Positions 23,430-36,505 of a stretch of 64,000 nucleotides of DNA are shown here, piece by piece. Each line of letters begins with the position of its first letter. Position 1 is the first letter of the stretch. The translations under genes were made by a program, and so were the position numbers. This stretch comes from Rhizophagus irregularis (lineage: Eukaryota). The DNA lies in NCBI RefSeq assembly GCF_026210795.1, contig NC_089433.1, positions 4,402,001 to 4,466,000 of the forward strand, read 5' to 3'. The notes beneath the pieces are model-generated. The model saw only the letters and a program-made list of their open reading frames with translations. It made no database searches and was not told the DNA's origin.

Positions 23430-26340
23430 AATTTCGAAGTTATTACTTTCGAAATGTTTGACATGAAATCCCAGGATCTAAAAAATAAAGAAAATGAACG
23501 TTAGTAAAACGTTCGTTAAAGAAAAATAAAAAAAATAACTTCAAAGTATTATTACCTTCGAAGTTCTTCCAAATGGAAGTCCGGAACCTAAAAATAGAAG
23601 AAAAATGAACGTTAGTAAATGTTCGTTAAAGAAAATTAAAAAAAAAGAACTTTGAAGTGTTATTACCTTCGAAGTTCTTTCAAATGAGAGACGGGACCTA
23701 AAAAATAAAAGAAAACGAATGTTAGTAAAACGTTCGTTAAAGAAAATTAAAAAAAAAGAAACTTTGAAGTGTTATACCTTCGAAGTTCTTTCAAATGGAG
23801 CCAGAACCTAAAAATAAAGGAAAAATGAACGTTAGTAGAACGTTCGTTAAAGAAAAATAAAATAAAAATAAAAAAGAATTTTAAAGGTTTACCTTCAAAA
23901 TTCTTTCGTCCAGAAGCCGGAGAACCAAAACCCTGCAAAAAAAACAACTGAAACGTTAGTAAACGTTTCGTAAATTAAAGTAACAAAAAAATAAGAATTT
24001 CGAAGTTTACCTTCAAAATTCTTTCGTCCAGGAGCTGGAGAACAAAAATCCTACAAAAAAAAACCAACTGAAACGTTAGTAAGTGTTTCACAAATTAAAA
24101 ACAACAAAAAAAAAATGAAGAATTTTGAAGTTTTACCTTCAAAATTCTTTTCGGGAATGATGATGACCTACAAAAAAAAAATGAAACGTTAGAAAATGTT
24201 TCGCTAAATAAAAAAAAATATAAAAGAATTTGAAGGAATTTTACCTTCAAAATTCCATCCAGAAGCCGTAAACCTGCAAAAAGTAAAAATTGAAACGTTA
24301 ATCTACGTTTCGTTCAAATAAAAAATAAAAATAAAATAATTTTGAATTTCACCTTCGAAATTCCGTCCAATCCAGGTGGCTACCAGAAAAAGAAAAAGAA
24401 ATCGAAATGTTAGTAACGTTTCGTTTAAATAAAATAAAAAAAAAAATATGTTTCGTAACGAAAAGTTCATTACGAAACTAACCATGTTGAAAATTCCGTC
24501 CAGGCTGGAACCAGAGAGCCGAAAATCTAAAAAAAAGAATAAAGAACGTTAACGTTCTTTTACAAAAATAAAATAAAATAAAGAAATAAAAGAATTTCGA
24601 AAAAATACCTTTGAAATTCAGTTCAGGAGAGTTCGGGAGAGCCGGAAACCTAAAAAAAATCGAAACGTTAATAACGTTTCGTTAAAATAAACAAAAAAAG
24701 AATAAAAAATAAAAAATAAAATTGAAGTTTACCTTCGAAATTAAAGTCCTTCGGCATCCTGGACCTATAAAGAAGAGAAAAACGAACGTTAGTGAACGTT
24801 CGTTAAAAAAAGACTCCCTTTTTTTTCGAAAGTTATTTACCTTCGAAATCAAGTATGAGACACGTACCTTCAGCGTCTTGGACCTACAAAAATGAAAACG
24901 AACGTTAGTTAACGTTCGTAAAAAAAAAACTAATAAAAAAAATATATTTTTGAAGGATATAAAGGATATAACCTTCGAAATGAAGCTCTGGAAAGCCATG
25001 GGCCTACAAAAAAAGAAAGCTGAAACGTTAGTAAACGTTTCGCTAAAATAAAAGAAAAAAAGTAAAATGAAATTTCGAAGCCTTACCTTTGAAATAAGAG
25101 ACTGGAACCTGCCTTTCGGTTTCTTGTACAGTTGTACCTACGAAAAGTAAAAAAATGAACGTTAGAATTAGTAACGTTCATTAAATAAAATAATAAAAAA
25201 AAATCGAAGATTTTACCTTCGATATGGAAGTTCTTTCGGCTTCCTTTACCTAAAAAAAAAAGAATAACGAACGTTAGTGAACGTTCGTTTAAATAAAAAG
25301 AAAAAAAAATTCGAAGGTTAAATTTACCTTCGATATAGAGACCCGGAACTCGTTTTCGGATTCCTTTACCTAAAAAAAAGGAAATATGAACGTTGTTAAC
25401 GTTCGTCAATAAAGTTAAAAAATATATATATATATTTTTTTTTTTGAAAGGTTTTACCTTCGATATGGAAGTCCGGTTTGTCTTTCGGCTTCCTTTAACT
25501 AAAAAAAAGACGAAACGTTAGTTAACGTTCGTCAATATAAATTAATTTTAAAAAAAATTAATTTTTTTTTTCGAAGGTTTATTTCACCTTCGATATAGGA
25601 GCCCAGAACTCAGTTTCGGCTTCTTTTATCTAAAAAAAATAAGACGAAACATTAGTTAACGTTCGTCAATAAAGTTAATAAAACAAAATATTTTTTTTTC
25701 AAAGGTTTTACCTTCAAAGTAAAGTCCGGAGCCATTTTTTGGCGTCAGGACCTATAAAATACAAAAACGAACGTAACTAACGTTCGTTAAAGTTAAAATA
25801 TAAAAAAAAAATATTTCGAAGATTTTTACCTTCGAAATAAGAGTCCGGAGCTGATCTTCAGCATCCAGGACCTAAAAATATGAAAACGAACGTTAGTGAT
25901 GTTCGTTAAATAAAATTAAAGATTCGGAAGTTAATATACCTCCGAATTTCAAAATCATCGATAGGTTCCATCCGGAACCTATATAATATAAAAAAAAATT
26001 ATTTTTTTTTTTAAAAAATAAATTAAGATTCAGAGGTAAGCATACCTCCGAATTCCAATATCTTTGATGGGTTCCATCCAGAACCTATATAATATAAAAA
26101 AAATTGTTTTTTTTTTAAAAAAAATAAATTAAATTTCGGAGGTAAGCATACCTCCGAATTCCAACTAAAATCATCGATAGGTTCCATCCGGAACCTATAT
26201 AATATAAAAAAAATTTTTTTTTCTCTAAAAATAATTAAAGTTTCGGAGGTGATATACCTCCAAATTAAAATTGACAATAAGCTCTATTATGTTCTTGACT
26301 TACAAACTGAACGTTAACTGATGTTCATTCAAAAAAATTT
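23430..26340 (-). repeat. Tandem array (~110-130 bp period, >20 units) of micro-exon/intron units
   Basis: Each minus-strand unit reads TTCGAAG|GTAA..T-rich..CGAACGTT(T)ACTAACGTTC..TTTTAG| followed by a ~30-50 nt exon. Confidence 0.8.
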
Positions 26341-26861
26341 TTTTTTTTCAAAGAAGAAAAAAAAGGAATACGACTCCTTTTTTAGTTCTGATTTCCCTGC
26401 ATGTTGCAGATTATGTGCTGAATGTTGGACGAATTTGCCTTAAAGACTCCGAACCTTGCAAATAAATTTTTTTTTAAAAAAAAAAATTTCTCTGATAAGT
26501 TTCAAAGCTTAAAAAATAATAGAAATATTTTTTCTTTGGAATCTTTAACAGATTATTTCCTGAAAGGTGTTGTAAAAAAAATTATTTCACAAAGTTTTTT
26601 TCTTTAGTAATAAGTGTTGTAGAAAAAATTATTTTTTTAAAGTCTTGTAAAGTTTTTTTTTTTAAAGAGTATTGTAGAAAAAATCATTTAAGTATTAAAT
26701 CAAGTTAGAGTTAATTAAAGTTTAAATATTAAATCAATGATAAAATTGCAGATCGAACTGATATTTTAATGAAAAAAAAGCAAAAATCTGCAAAATTGCA
26801 GACTTCCGCATAAATTTTACATAAAAAAAAGCAGAAATCTGCAAAATCGCAGACTTTCCGT

Positions 26862-27043
26862 ATGGATGATACAAATTTCATGGCTGGAAACCAGGAAAAT
26901 TTAGAAAAAATTTTATCAATTGCTAACACCTTTTATAATCTTAATGATATAAAAATCAATAAGGATAAATCAGAATTATTATTAAAAAAACAATATATCC
27001 CGGATTCTCTATCCTTGAGTTTTGAAACATCGATAGTTAATAT
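26862..27043 (+). pseudogene. Non-LTR (LINE) reverse transcriptase fragment
   Basis: MDDTNFMAGNQENLEKILSIANTFYNLNDIKINKDKSELL, i.e. the xMDD and IN.xK motifs of RT domains 5-6. Confidence 0.8.
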
Positions 27044-27399
27044 CACTGGTCGAAATAAAAACTTTCGGTCATGTGACAAATCGGCTGATCTGTCACACAT
27101 TTCGGCCAAATTTTGGAAATTATTAAAAATCGGCCAAATTTCAACATATATGATTTATGGCCGATTTATTGAATTATTTAATCAAACGTTACGCATTACG
27201 CATTACACGTATTAAAAGTTTAAAAAAGGATCATCTTATACATCCTTTTTTAAACTTTTTTAATTTTTTCTTTCCCTCCTCTTTCCTTTCCTTCGTTCCC
27301 CTTCCCTGTTTCCCCTTCTTCCCCTTTCCCTTCCTTCGTTCTCCTTTCCCTTCCTTCTCTTTTCCTTCCTTCCCCTTCCCCCTTTCACTTTTTTTACTT

Positions 27400-30300
27400 T
27401 TTTTTTATAGGTTCGGCTTTCAGGTGGGCTTCCGAAGTATAGAAAAACCAAGTTTCGTAAGTACGAAACTTGGTTTATTTTTTTTTTATTTTTTAATTTA
27501 ATATGAACGGTTACTAACTGTTCTTTATTATTTTTTACTTTTTTTTTAGGTTCGGCCATTCGGATGGGCTTCTGAAGTATAGAAACCCCCAAAGATTCAT
27601 AAGTACGAATTCTTTGGAGTTTTTTTTTATATTTTTAATATGAACGGTTAATACTAACCATTCTTTATTATTTTTTTTTTAGATGTGGCCGTTCGGGTGG
27701 GCTTCCAAAGTATAGAAAAACCAAGTTTCGTAAGTTTAAAACTTGGTTATTTTTTTTTTGTTTATCATATGGGCCGATCCTTGGAATCTAATTTTTTTAC
27801 ACAAAAATAATTTTATTAAAGCAAATATAAATTATCATTTATATAAGAATAATAAATTTATACCAGATAATGCAAAAAAAACTAATTAATTATATAATTT
27901 TTAATTTTTTTTTAATATAAGAAATCATTAAAATTTAAAAGATCAAATATAACTCTCATGACAAAATCATTGATAATTCTTCGTAGAAATAAGCTATACA
28001 AATAAATTTACATTCATTTGAAAGAGAAAATCGAGATCTATCTAATGAATCTAAAATCAAGTGAATTGAATCACTAGTTGTTCAGTAATCACGTTCAGTA
28101 TATTATTGAATTTTATCTAAATTTGATCATTAATTACTTCACATATAGTGATTTAATTTGAATGATCTTTGCTCCCTAGTGTGATGCCAACTTTTATCTT
28201 TAAAATAAATTTAAAATAATTCATTTAATATATGTAGATGTTTAGGAATCATCAATTATATTATTAATATAAAATTTTGTAAGTTTGATAAAATCTGATA
28301 TAAAAAAATTTATTAAATACCTGTAGATGCAAGCTACACGAATGATATTATATTCATTTGAAAGAGAAAATTGAGGTCTATCTAATAAGCCTAAAATCGA
28401 ATGAATTGAATCACTGGATTGTGAATAATTACGTCTAATATATTTATTTTTAATTTTTAAATTTGATTTGACTTTGATCGTTAATTACGCCTCATCCAGT
28501 GATCCAATTTTCCTGATCTTTGATTCTTACGATAGAGCAAATTCTCAGCTTTCAAATGAATGTAAAATGATGACGTTAGCATATCTCCAGGAATAATAAT
28601 GCACGATTTTGTCACCTGCATAAAGTCCGATCTGAAAATTTTATTTCTTACCAAAAAATGCTTTCATAAGAGAATCCCAAATTCTTTTACTTTATTTAAA
28701 AGATTTTATTTGCCATTTAAGGATTTTAGTAGAATAAATCTAATGAAATAATTTTAAAAGATAAAAAACAAATATATAATTAGTTATTTTTTAAAAAAAA
28801 GAATATCTTATTATTCATTTTACAACTATTTTACATCATAATTATTTTTTATTTGCATGTATTTTTTACAAAGAAAAAACAATAAATAAAAATTATGAAA
28901 AAATATGTCTTATCTATGTATATAAAATATTAAGTTTTTTCTTTTACTTACCACTTAAAAATAACTGCTATATTTGCTTATAAACTTTTTTGTCATATTT
29001 AATAAAAGTGAATAGAAAAATGATGGAAAAGTGATGGGAGTGATGGGGAAAAAGAAATGGTTATTACCGTTATTTTTGAATATTGATTAAAAAAATTTTT
29101 TTATTTTTTATTAAATCTGAGTTACGTAAATATGTAACACATATTTAATTTAGATTTGTGTAATGTTAATCTTACTAAAATATTAAATTTTTATAAAAAT
29201 CTTAATTAGACTAATTCCAAAAATCGGCACATATGTTTTTAATATTATGAACGGTTATTAATAACCGTTCTTTACTTTTTTTTAGGATCGGATGTTCTGA
29301 AGAATGGGAAAATTCCAAGATTCGTAAGAATCTTGGATTTTTTTTTATTTTTTTTAAAAAAAATATTACAAACGGTTACTAATAACCGTTCTTTTATTTT
29401 TTATAGGTTCGGGTGGGCTTCTGTATTCTGAAGAACGGGAAAATTCCAAAGATAAGAATCTTAGATTTTTTTTTATTTTTTTAAAAAAATATTACAAACG
29501 GTTACTAATAACCGTTCTTTTCTATTTTTTAGGATCTGATGGGCTTCCGAAGAAAGGAAAACCAAGAAACCAAGATTCGTAAGTAAGTACGAATCTTGGT
29601 TTAAGTTTTTTTGTTTTTTTTTTAATATATGAACAGTTCTAACCGTTCTTTACTTTTTTTTTAGAATCTGGCAGGCTTCCAAAAAACGAAAACCCAAAGA
29701 TTCGTAAGTACGAGTACGAATCTTTAATTTTTTATTTATTTATTATTATTACGAATGGTTTACTAACCATTCTTTCTTTTTTTTATAGGTTCGGGTGGGC
29801 TTCTGAAGAATGAAAACCCAAAGATAAAGATTCGTAAGTACAAATCTTTACTTTTTTTTTCTTTTTTTTTAATTTTATTAATGAACAGTTACTAATAACC
29901 GTTCTTTTTTTTATTTTTTAGGTGCGGTAGGCTTCCGACGAATGAAAATTCAAAGATAAAGATTCGTAAGTACGAATCTTTACTTTTTTTTCTTTTTTCA
30001 AAGCTTTCTTTAAAAAAAATTTTTTTTTATTAATTAATTTATTTTCTTTATTTGAGTAGGTTTCGGCTTTGGTTGGATAGGTAATTTTCGTTTCGAACTT
30101 TTTTTTTTTAAAAAAAACAATTTATTTAGTTTTTTTCTATTTTGTAGGTTTTGACTTTGGTTTATGGGCGTTTGATAGGTGAGTTTAGTTTCGAAACTTT
30201 GTTTTCTTTTCAAAACTTTAACAAAAAATATTAATTTTATTTATTTATTTTGTAGTATCGGTTGTGATATCCTTGGGCTTTGGATATGTAAGTTTCGAAA

Positions 30301-30510
30301 TTTCGCCTTCTTTCGAAACTTTAAAATTTTATTTATTTTTTTATTTTATAGGTATCGGCTGTGATATCTCCTTGGCGGGCTTTGGATCAGTAAAGTTTCG
30401 TTTTCTTTTCGAAACTGTTTTAAGAAAAAACTAATTCTTTCTTTCTTTTTTTTGTAGGTTTCCACTTTAAACTTTTATTGAACAGATTGTGTAAGTTTCA
30501 TATTTCAAAA
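27400..30510 (+). repeat. Second micro-exon/structured-intron array (interrupted by 27771-29230)
   Basis: TTTTAG|GTTCGG..GGGCTTCCGAAG..CCAAG(A/T)TTC|GTAAGTACGAA.. with GAACGGTTACTAACCGTTC-type branch hairpins. Confidence 0.75.
27771..29230. mobile_element. Non-autonomous TIR element
   Basis: Imperfect TIRs GGGCCGATCCTTGGAAT / ATTCCAAAAATCGGCAC, flanked by ATAT on both sides. Confidence 0.65.
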
Positions 30511-30513
30511 CGA

Positions 30514-31137
30514 TGTTACCGATACCTGCCACATATCAGCAGACTGAACTTATACTCAGTTCAACATTATACTTGGTTTAGATTTTATAATCTCTTAACT
30601 TCTCGCTCTCTTTCATTTATATTTCTTACGTTCTCATACATTCTCATAATTTCTCTTTTAAACTGCGAGAGTTCTCTTTACTTCTTATTACAATTCATAT
30701 AATAGTTAAACTGGGATAATTTCCCTTACTTTACTTCTCTGGACTTATAATATAATATTAATTAATTCTCAAGCGTACAATGAGCATATTCATATTTGAA
30801 TAACTTTTAATAATTAATATTTTAATATTATTTTTATTTGAGCCAAAAGTTGACTGCGGAATTCCTATCAAATCCCACCTATATTTATACATTTTTAAGA
30901 AAATTATTTCTACTATTTCTAACTTTTCTACTAATAAAAATTTAAGAATAATAAGAAAATAAAGATGTATTATCATATGACTATCTCGTGACTAAACTAA
31001 ACTAAACTATAAATATTATTTTATCGGTTCATTATTTATCCTTCGGCTAATTATTTATCCGTATTATATTTTCAGTTAACTAATTATCACTATCTAACAT
31101 TAATTTCTGTGTAATCTATCCCATATCTTCGATTACA
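30514..31137 (-). mobile_element. Solo LTR, subfamily related to the element B LTR
   Basis: TGTTA..TTACA ends, a central ~300 bp nearly identical to the element B LTR reverse complement, and TSD ACGA/ACAA. Confidence 0.85.
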
Positions 31138-32393
31138 ACAAATTTTTTTTTATTGAAGAAATTTTAACTAATCATTTTTTCTTTTTTTTTGTAGGTTTCT
31201 TAACGAATTCTAGATTTTTTAATGTAGATGGTGAGTCAGGTGAATGGTAGCAAGTATCTTTCAGAATGTTTAGGACCTCTGTCTTATCATAATCCTTTAC
31301 TCAATCGTCATTACGTTTAAAAAGGGAAATAGCACCCTTAACTCTACGCGATTTTTTCTAAAATATAACGAATGTTTAGTATCAATTTCGAAATGACAGT
31401 AAAAAGACAGATTTGATCGCCCAAATTCCCTCTGTCATCAATTTACAGAGTTACCACATCAAATGGGCATTCTCATGGTCGAACGAACGAATAATTGAAC
31501 AAACGAACAAATAAACGAACAAGCAAATAATCAACGACATAATTAACAACAACATAATCAACGAACAACATGCAACAACATATAACAACATTCTTGGTTC
31601 ACAACATAAATAGCATTAGTAATATAAAACAACAAATGATATAAAATAAAATTAACTTCTCTAAATTTTCCCCAAATTATATCCACTTTTACCTTTCATT
31701 TCAAAACTTCCATAGCTCTCGCTACGAATTATTACTTTTCAAAAGTATATATTTAATTCATCTTAAAATTTTCATTTTGTTCAATTAAAATTAATTAAGC
31801 AAACATTAATTAAAGTTTAGGGCGAACCTATTACCTTTAATTAACATTAAACTTTACTAACAAATAATTAAATGAAACTTATATTTTTATTGAGTTCTGT
31901 GGATGAGAACTATGGAATTACTTTGAATTCCGCTCTCTATTTATACAAATTTTATGCTACTTTCTATTCTATCTATATATTATCTTTGAACTATCTTTCT
32001 AATATGCTATCTATATTTTAAATACGCTATCTTTTAATATGCTATCTTTTATATATGTTCTTTTTAATATGTTATCTTTTATGTTCCATCTTTATACTAT
32101 CTTTTTATATTATCTTTTATATTATTTTATGTTCTTTAATCTTTCTGACATTATTTTATATGTTCTTTCAATTCGCTTTATATGTTTTGCTTATAATCTA
32201 TCTTTTGTGGCTTATAATTATTCTTTCTAATCATTCTTATTGTTAAAGATTGCTAAGCTGCAATTGATTGACTCTAATTATTCTATTAGTTCTTTGTCAA
32301 TCATTCGATAAATATTACATCATGTAGATCATTACTCTTCCTAAATGTTTATCCTTTTTCGGCTAATTATTTATCCATCTACGCCAATTCATA

Positions 32394-32930
32394 CACAGGT
32401 CGAAAAGTGAAAAATCAGGCATCAATCAGTCACCAATCGGTCACCAATCAGGTACCTGATTGGTGACCGATTGGTGCCTGATTGGCATTTTCGCCAAATA
32501 CCGTCACCAATCAGGCAGTTTGCTAACTTTTGATCCAGTGATCAGAAAAAGATGAAATATAGCTCATTGGAATCGTCTCAATATGACGAATCTAATGGTA
32601 GTAAAATCGCATCTCTAGGATTAATACTTGATGGGAAATTAAGTAAAATATAAAAATGAAAATGTATCATTTATATTTTATTTAATTTTTTATTAACTAT
32701 CAATCCTAGAGATGCGATTTTACTACCATTAGATTCGTCTTGTTGAGACGATTCCAATGAGCTATATTTCATCTTTTTCTGATCACTGGATCAAAAGTTA
32801 GTAAACTGCCTGATTGGTGACAGTATTTGGCGAAAATGCCAATCAGGCACCAATCAGTCACCAATCAGTCACCAATCAGCTACCTGATTGGTGACCGATT
32901 GGTGCCTGATTTTTCACTTTTCGACCTGTG
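32394..32930. mobile_element. Fold-back MITE (CAC-terminated, 3-bp TSD)
   Basis: CACAGGTCGAAAAGTG...CACTTTTCGACCTGTG with arms of ~250 bp and TSD ATA/ATA. Confidence 0.92.
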
Positions 32931-33604
32931 ATAATTAATTTGTTTGTTTTTAATATTTGGCAATTACATTTGATGGTTGAATTTTATCATCTTTTCATAC
33001 TTGATATTCGACCGTTTACAATGGTAAATGCTTCGGAATTGAAAAACAGAAGATGAAATATTATATATGTAGACTACATTGTATGTTAGTGTTAAATATA
33101 TTGTATACGTAGGCGAAATATAGTATTAAATATATTGTAGGTGAAATAGGATATTATTAGTATTAAATATATATTATATATTAAATAAAATACAATTTTA
33201 TGAATTAATGTTCAGTATAAAAATGCTATCTGAAACTTATGCGAAACTTAACCAAAATTTAGACGAGTGGCAGTCTGAGTGGTAACACTCGATAAAAACT
33301 TTTGGTTAGAAGATTCGTCCAACTTCGACCGGATTTTAGCCATAATTCGGGCCAAATTTGCCTATACGAAACCTGGCCAAATTGGACTATTTTGACTAGT
33401 AGTACCAGATATTATTCAATCACATATTGAGTCAAATATATGGCATGAACATAAATTTATTATAGAGCCAACGCTTTTTAAACAAGATGATATTTGATTA
33501 AATATTTTTGATTTCAATATGCAAAAATCAATGCAAAATTGTATAGAAAAATATGTTAAAAAAGAAAAATTTAATAAGAACTTAACAATCGAAAGGCTAT
33601 ACGT

Positions 33605-34310
33605 TGTAACCTGAGAAATCAGGATAATCACGTGAGCGGATGAAAAGACTGAATGGGACAAGGATAAATAATTAACCGAAGGATAAATAATTAACCGAAG
33701 GATAAATAATTAGCCGAAGGATAAATAATTAACCGATAAAATAATATTTATAGTTTAGTTTAGTTTAGTCACGAGATAGTCATATGATAATACATCTTTA
33801 TTTTCTTATTATTCTTAAATCTTTATTAGTAGAAAAGTTAGAAATGGTAGAAATAGTTTTCTTGAAAATGTATAAATATAGGTAGGATTCGTTAGGAATT
33901 CCGCAGTCAGTTTTGACTCAAATTTAATAAAATAAATATTAATTATTAAAAGTTATCTTGAATATGCTCATTGTACGCTTGAGAATTAATTAATATTATT
34001 ATTAAGTCCAGAAAAGTAAAGAAAAGGGAATTATTCTCGTTTTGTTGTATGAAATATAATAAGAAGTTAGGAGAACTCTCGCAGTTTATAAGAAATGAAG
34101 TGGTAATATTTGAAAGAATAAATATTACAGGAAGCATGATATTTTGGGAATATTATGAATAAGTGGTAGTATTGAGAATAAATACTACGGATAAATGAGA
34201 AAGAAAGCGAGAAGTTAAAAGAAAAATAAAATCTAAACCAAGCAAAGTAACGAGAAATAAAGTTAAATGAGAAAGATGTGTTTATCCACAGGTGGCAGAC
34301 GTGGGTGACA
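33605..34310 (+). repeat. 5' LTR of element B
   Basis: TGTAAC...GTGACA; has one more 19-bp GGATAAATAATTAACCGAA unit than the 3' LTR. Confidence 0.97.
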
Positions 34311-35775
34311 ATTTGGTGCAATGCTCTCGAGAAAGGAAATGATCAATGAATAAAAGAAATGAAATATGATCATTCTGACTATCTTCATATAGTTAGGTAC
34401 CTACGTGATATTCCTAGAGGATCTGGACTTGAGTATAAAAAGAAAAAAAGTTATTAAGTGTACAATGAGAAATAAAAGAAGTACAAGTAATGAAGGATAA
34501 TCAAAGCATGTGTTGCTTGTGATTAGGAGATTTATCAGGAAATTATGAAGTTTATCATAAGAAATTGAAAGAAGTACATGTTAGTATGAGAAAGAACTAA
34601 CACGAATGAAAGAATAGATATTAAATGATGTATAAGCCTGATAAATAAGAAATAAAAGTTGTTAATAACAAACCTAAAAACTACCATACCTCGATGTGAA
34701 GGTAGAGGAAAGCCTAGTATAGGTTATTGGAAGTAAAAGGAGATAATTCTATAAGAATTATTGGAGTTAAGTTAGTCACGATAATGGACTATAAAAGAAA
34801 ATAAGACCGTATCGAGATTTCACGGTAAGAAAGTAAATCTAACGCAAAAGTTGCGGGTGAACTATAAACCCAAGAGGTTGCGTGGGAACCTTATAAGAAA
34901 AACACTAGTGGTTATGTGGGAACCTTTAAAACACTATAAGATTGTAAGTTGTGGGTTAAGCTGTAATAAACCCTCTAGATTGTAAGTTGCGGGTTAAACT
35001 GTAAGAAACCCCCATTATTATTATTGTACGTTGTGGGTAAAGCGGTGTTAAACCCTCATATTAATTTATTTTTGAAGAAACTTGCTGGTCAAGTAAGAGA
35101 ATAATAGAAAAAATAGTTGTGTCACCAGGGGCGTTTGTCAACAGAAATTTCAGTACATTGATCGCTTAAAAATCTGTGGCTATCCAATTATAATAAGAAA
35201 ATAATGAAAGAAATAAGAGAAAGTATAAGTCACGTGGTGAGGCGCAGTAAAATATATATATAGACCTCCCCAGTCTGAGGAGATTGTGGACTTAGATTAT
35301 TTTTAGAAAAATAAAGTTAGTATATAGACCTCCCCAGAGCTGAGGAGATTACGTAAGAATATTATGTGAGAAGTCATGTGAGTAGTACAAATCACATGAA
35401 AAGTAGGTCATATAAAGCGCAGTAAAGTGACGAAAAGAATAAAATGATGCATACCTTGATGCAGTGGAATAAAAATAAAAATGCGAAAAATTGAAATTTA
35501 AAAGGAAAAAGGGTTGTATTTATAATTTTTGGAGTAACACAGATCATGTGTTAAGAGAAAGAAAATGAAAGAAATGAAAGAAAATATAAGTCACATGATA
35601 GGGCGCAGTAGATGAAATGAAATTAGGAGAAGTATGAGAAGTACATGTAATAAATAAGAAAAATATCGATAAATAAAGAAGTAAAATATTTAAAATAAGT
35701 TATAAAAAGTATGGATTTATATTGTAAAAAGAATAAAAGTGTAATTATATTTTGAAAATAAAATAAAGCATTAAA

Positions 35776-36036
35776 ATGGAGATACCAATATTTTATGGCG
35801 TAATAGGAGAAAATCCAAAAGAATGGACAAATCAAGTAGAAAAATATCTGTCAAAGATAGGAATTAAAGACGATAAAAGAATATTTAAGATTGCGAAGAC
35901 ACATTTGTTAGGAAATGCGCTACAATGGTTTGAAAATGAAGGAATGTGTATTACAGATTGGGATAAGAATGAGATCAAATGGTTGAACTTAAAATTTAGA
36001 ATAATTGATAGATATTCAAGTGACAATAGAAGCTGA
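35776..36036 (+). CDS. Stand-alone mini Gag capsid N-terminal-like ORF (86 aa)
   Basis: IPIFYGVIGENPKEWTNQVE..AKTHLLGNALQWF parallels IPLFYGKEEEDVSDWIRQFE..AAAHLRGAAAQWY in the main Gag. Confidence 0.7.
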   Translation: MEIPIFYGVIGENPKEWTNQVEKYLSKIGIKDDKRIFKIAKTHLLGNALQWFENEGMCITDWDKNEIKWLNLKFRIIDRYSSDNRS

Positions 36037-36505
36037 GTAATTGACTATTAGAAAAGTAAAAAGAAATGAATAATGATAAAGTGAAATAATAATAAATAAG
36101 AAATTTTGAATATTAAGGGACTAAATAAATATACGAAAAGACGTTAGAGAATAAAGGGCGAAATAAAAGGATATCATAAGAAGAATAATAAGTGTAATGA
36201 AATTAAGCGATTAAGATGGAAATACAGGAAATATGTAAATAACGAGAATTTAGGGACAAATAATTGTCCAAAAAGACGTTAAACTAATTAGGATTAATGA
36301 AGAATATCAAGTTATGAGTAATAGAATACTATGTGATAAAAGATATAATAAAGAAATGTAGTAGAAAGTTGTATACACAAGGATATAAAAGAAATAAAGA
36401 TTGAAATAATAAATGAATAATTACTATATGAATAAAAATATAAATAGACGGGAAATATGAAATGAAACCATTTTGCAAGTAAATAGGTAAATAAAATAAA
36501 TCGAG

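Larger units (their letters stand above)
27044..33401. mobile_element. Probable non-autonomous CACTA-like element related to 49226-57175 (opposite orientation)
   Basis: The left end CACTGGTCGAAATAAAAACTTTCG resembles the right TIR of the 49-57 kb element. The right end GGACTATTTTGACTAGTA resembles the reverse complement of its left TIR. No matching TSD. Confidence 0.55.

Noticed and set aside
23430..26340. CRISPR array
   Set aside because: Repeat/spacer-like, but the repeats are long, degenerate and carry spliceosomal signals; the context is eukaryotic and no cas genes are present.
22992..26864. TIR element (CATCGGGAAA / TTTCCGTATG ends with GCAGA subterminal repeats) enclosing the first micro-exon array
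   Set aside because: Plausible, but the TIR match is short and imperfect and no TSD was found, so it is not called.
23747..32246. Numerous 60-115 aa F/K/I-rich ORFs
   Set aside because: By-products of poly-T/poly-A tracts and LTR sequence; no domain signal except the RT fragment at 26862.
31245..32390. Additional solo LTR
   Set aside because: Shares a short GGCTAATTATTTATCC motif with LTRs, but convincing termini and a TSD could not be defined.
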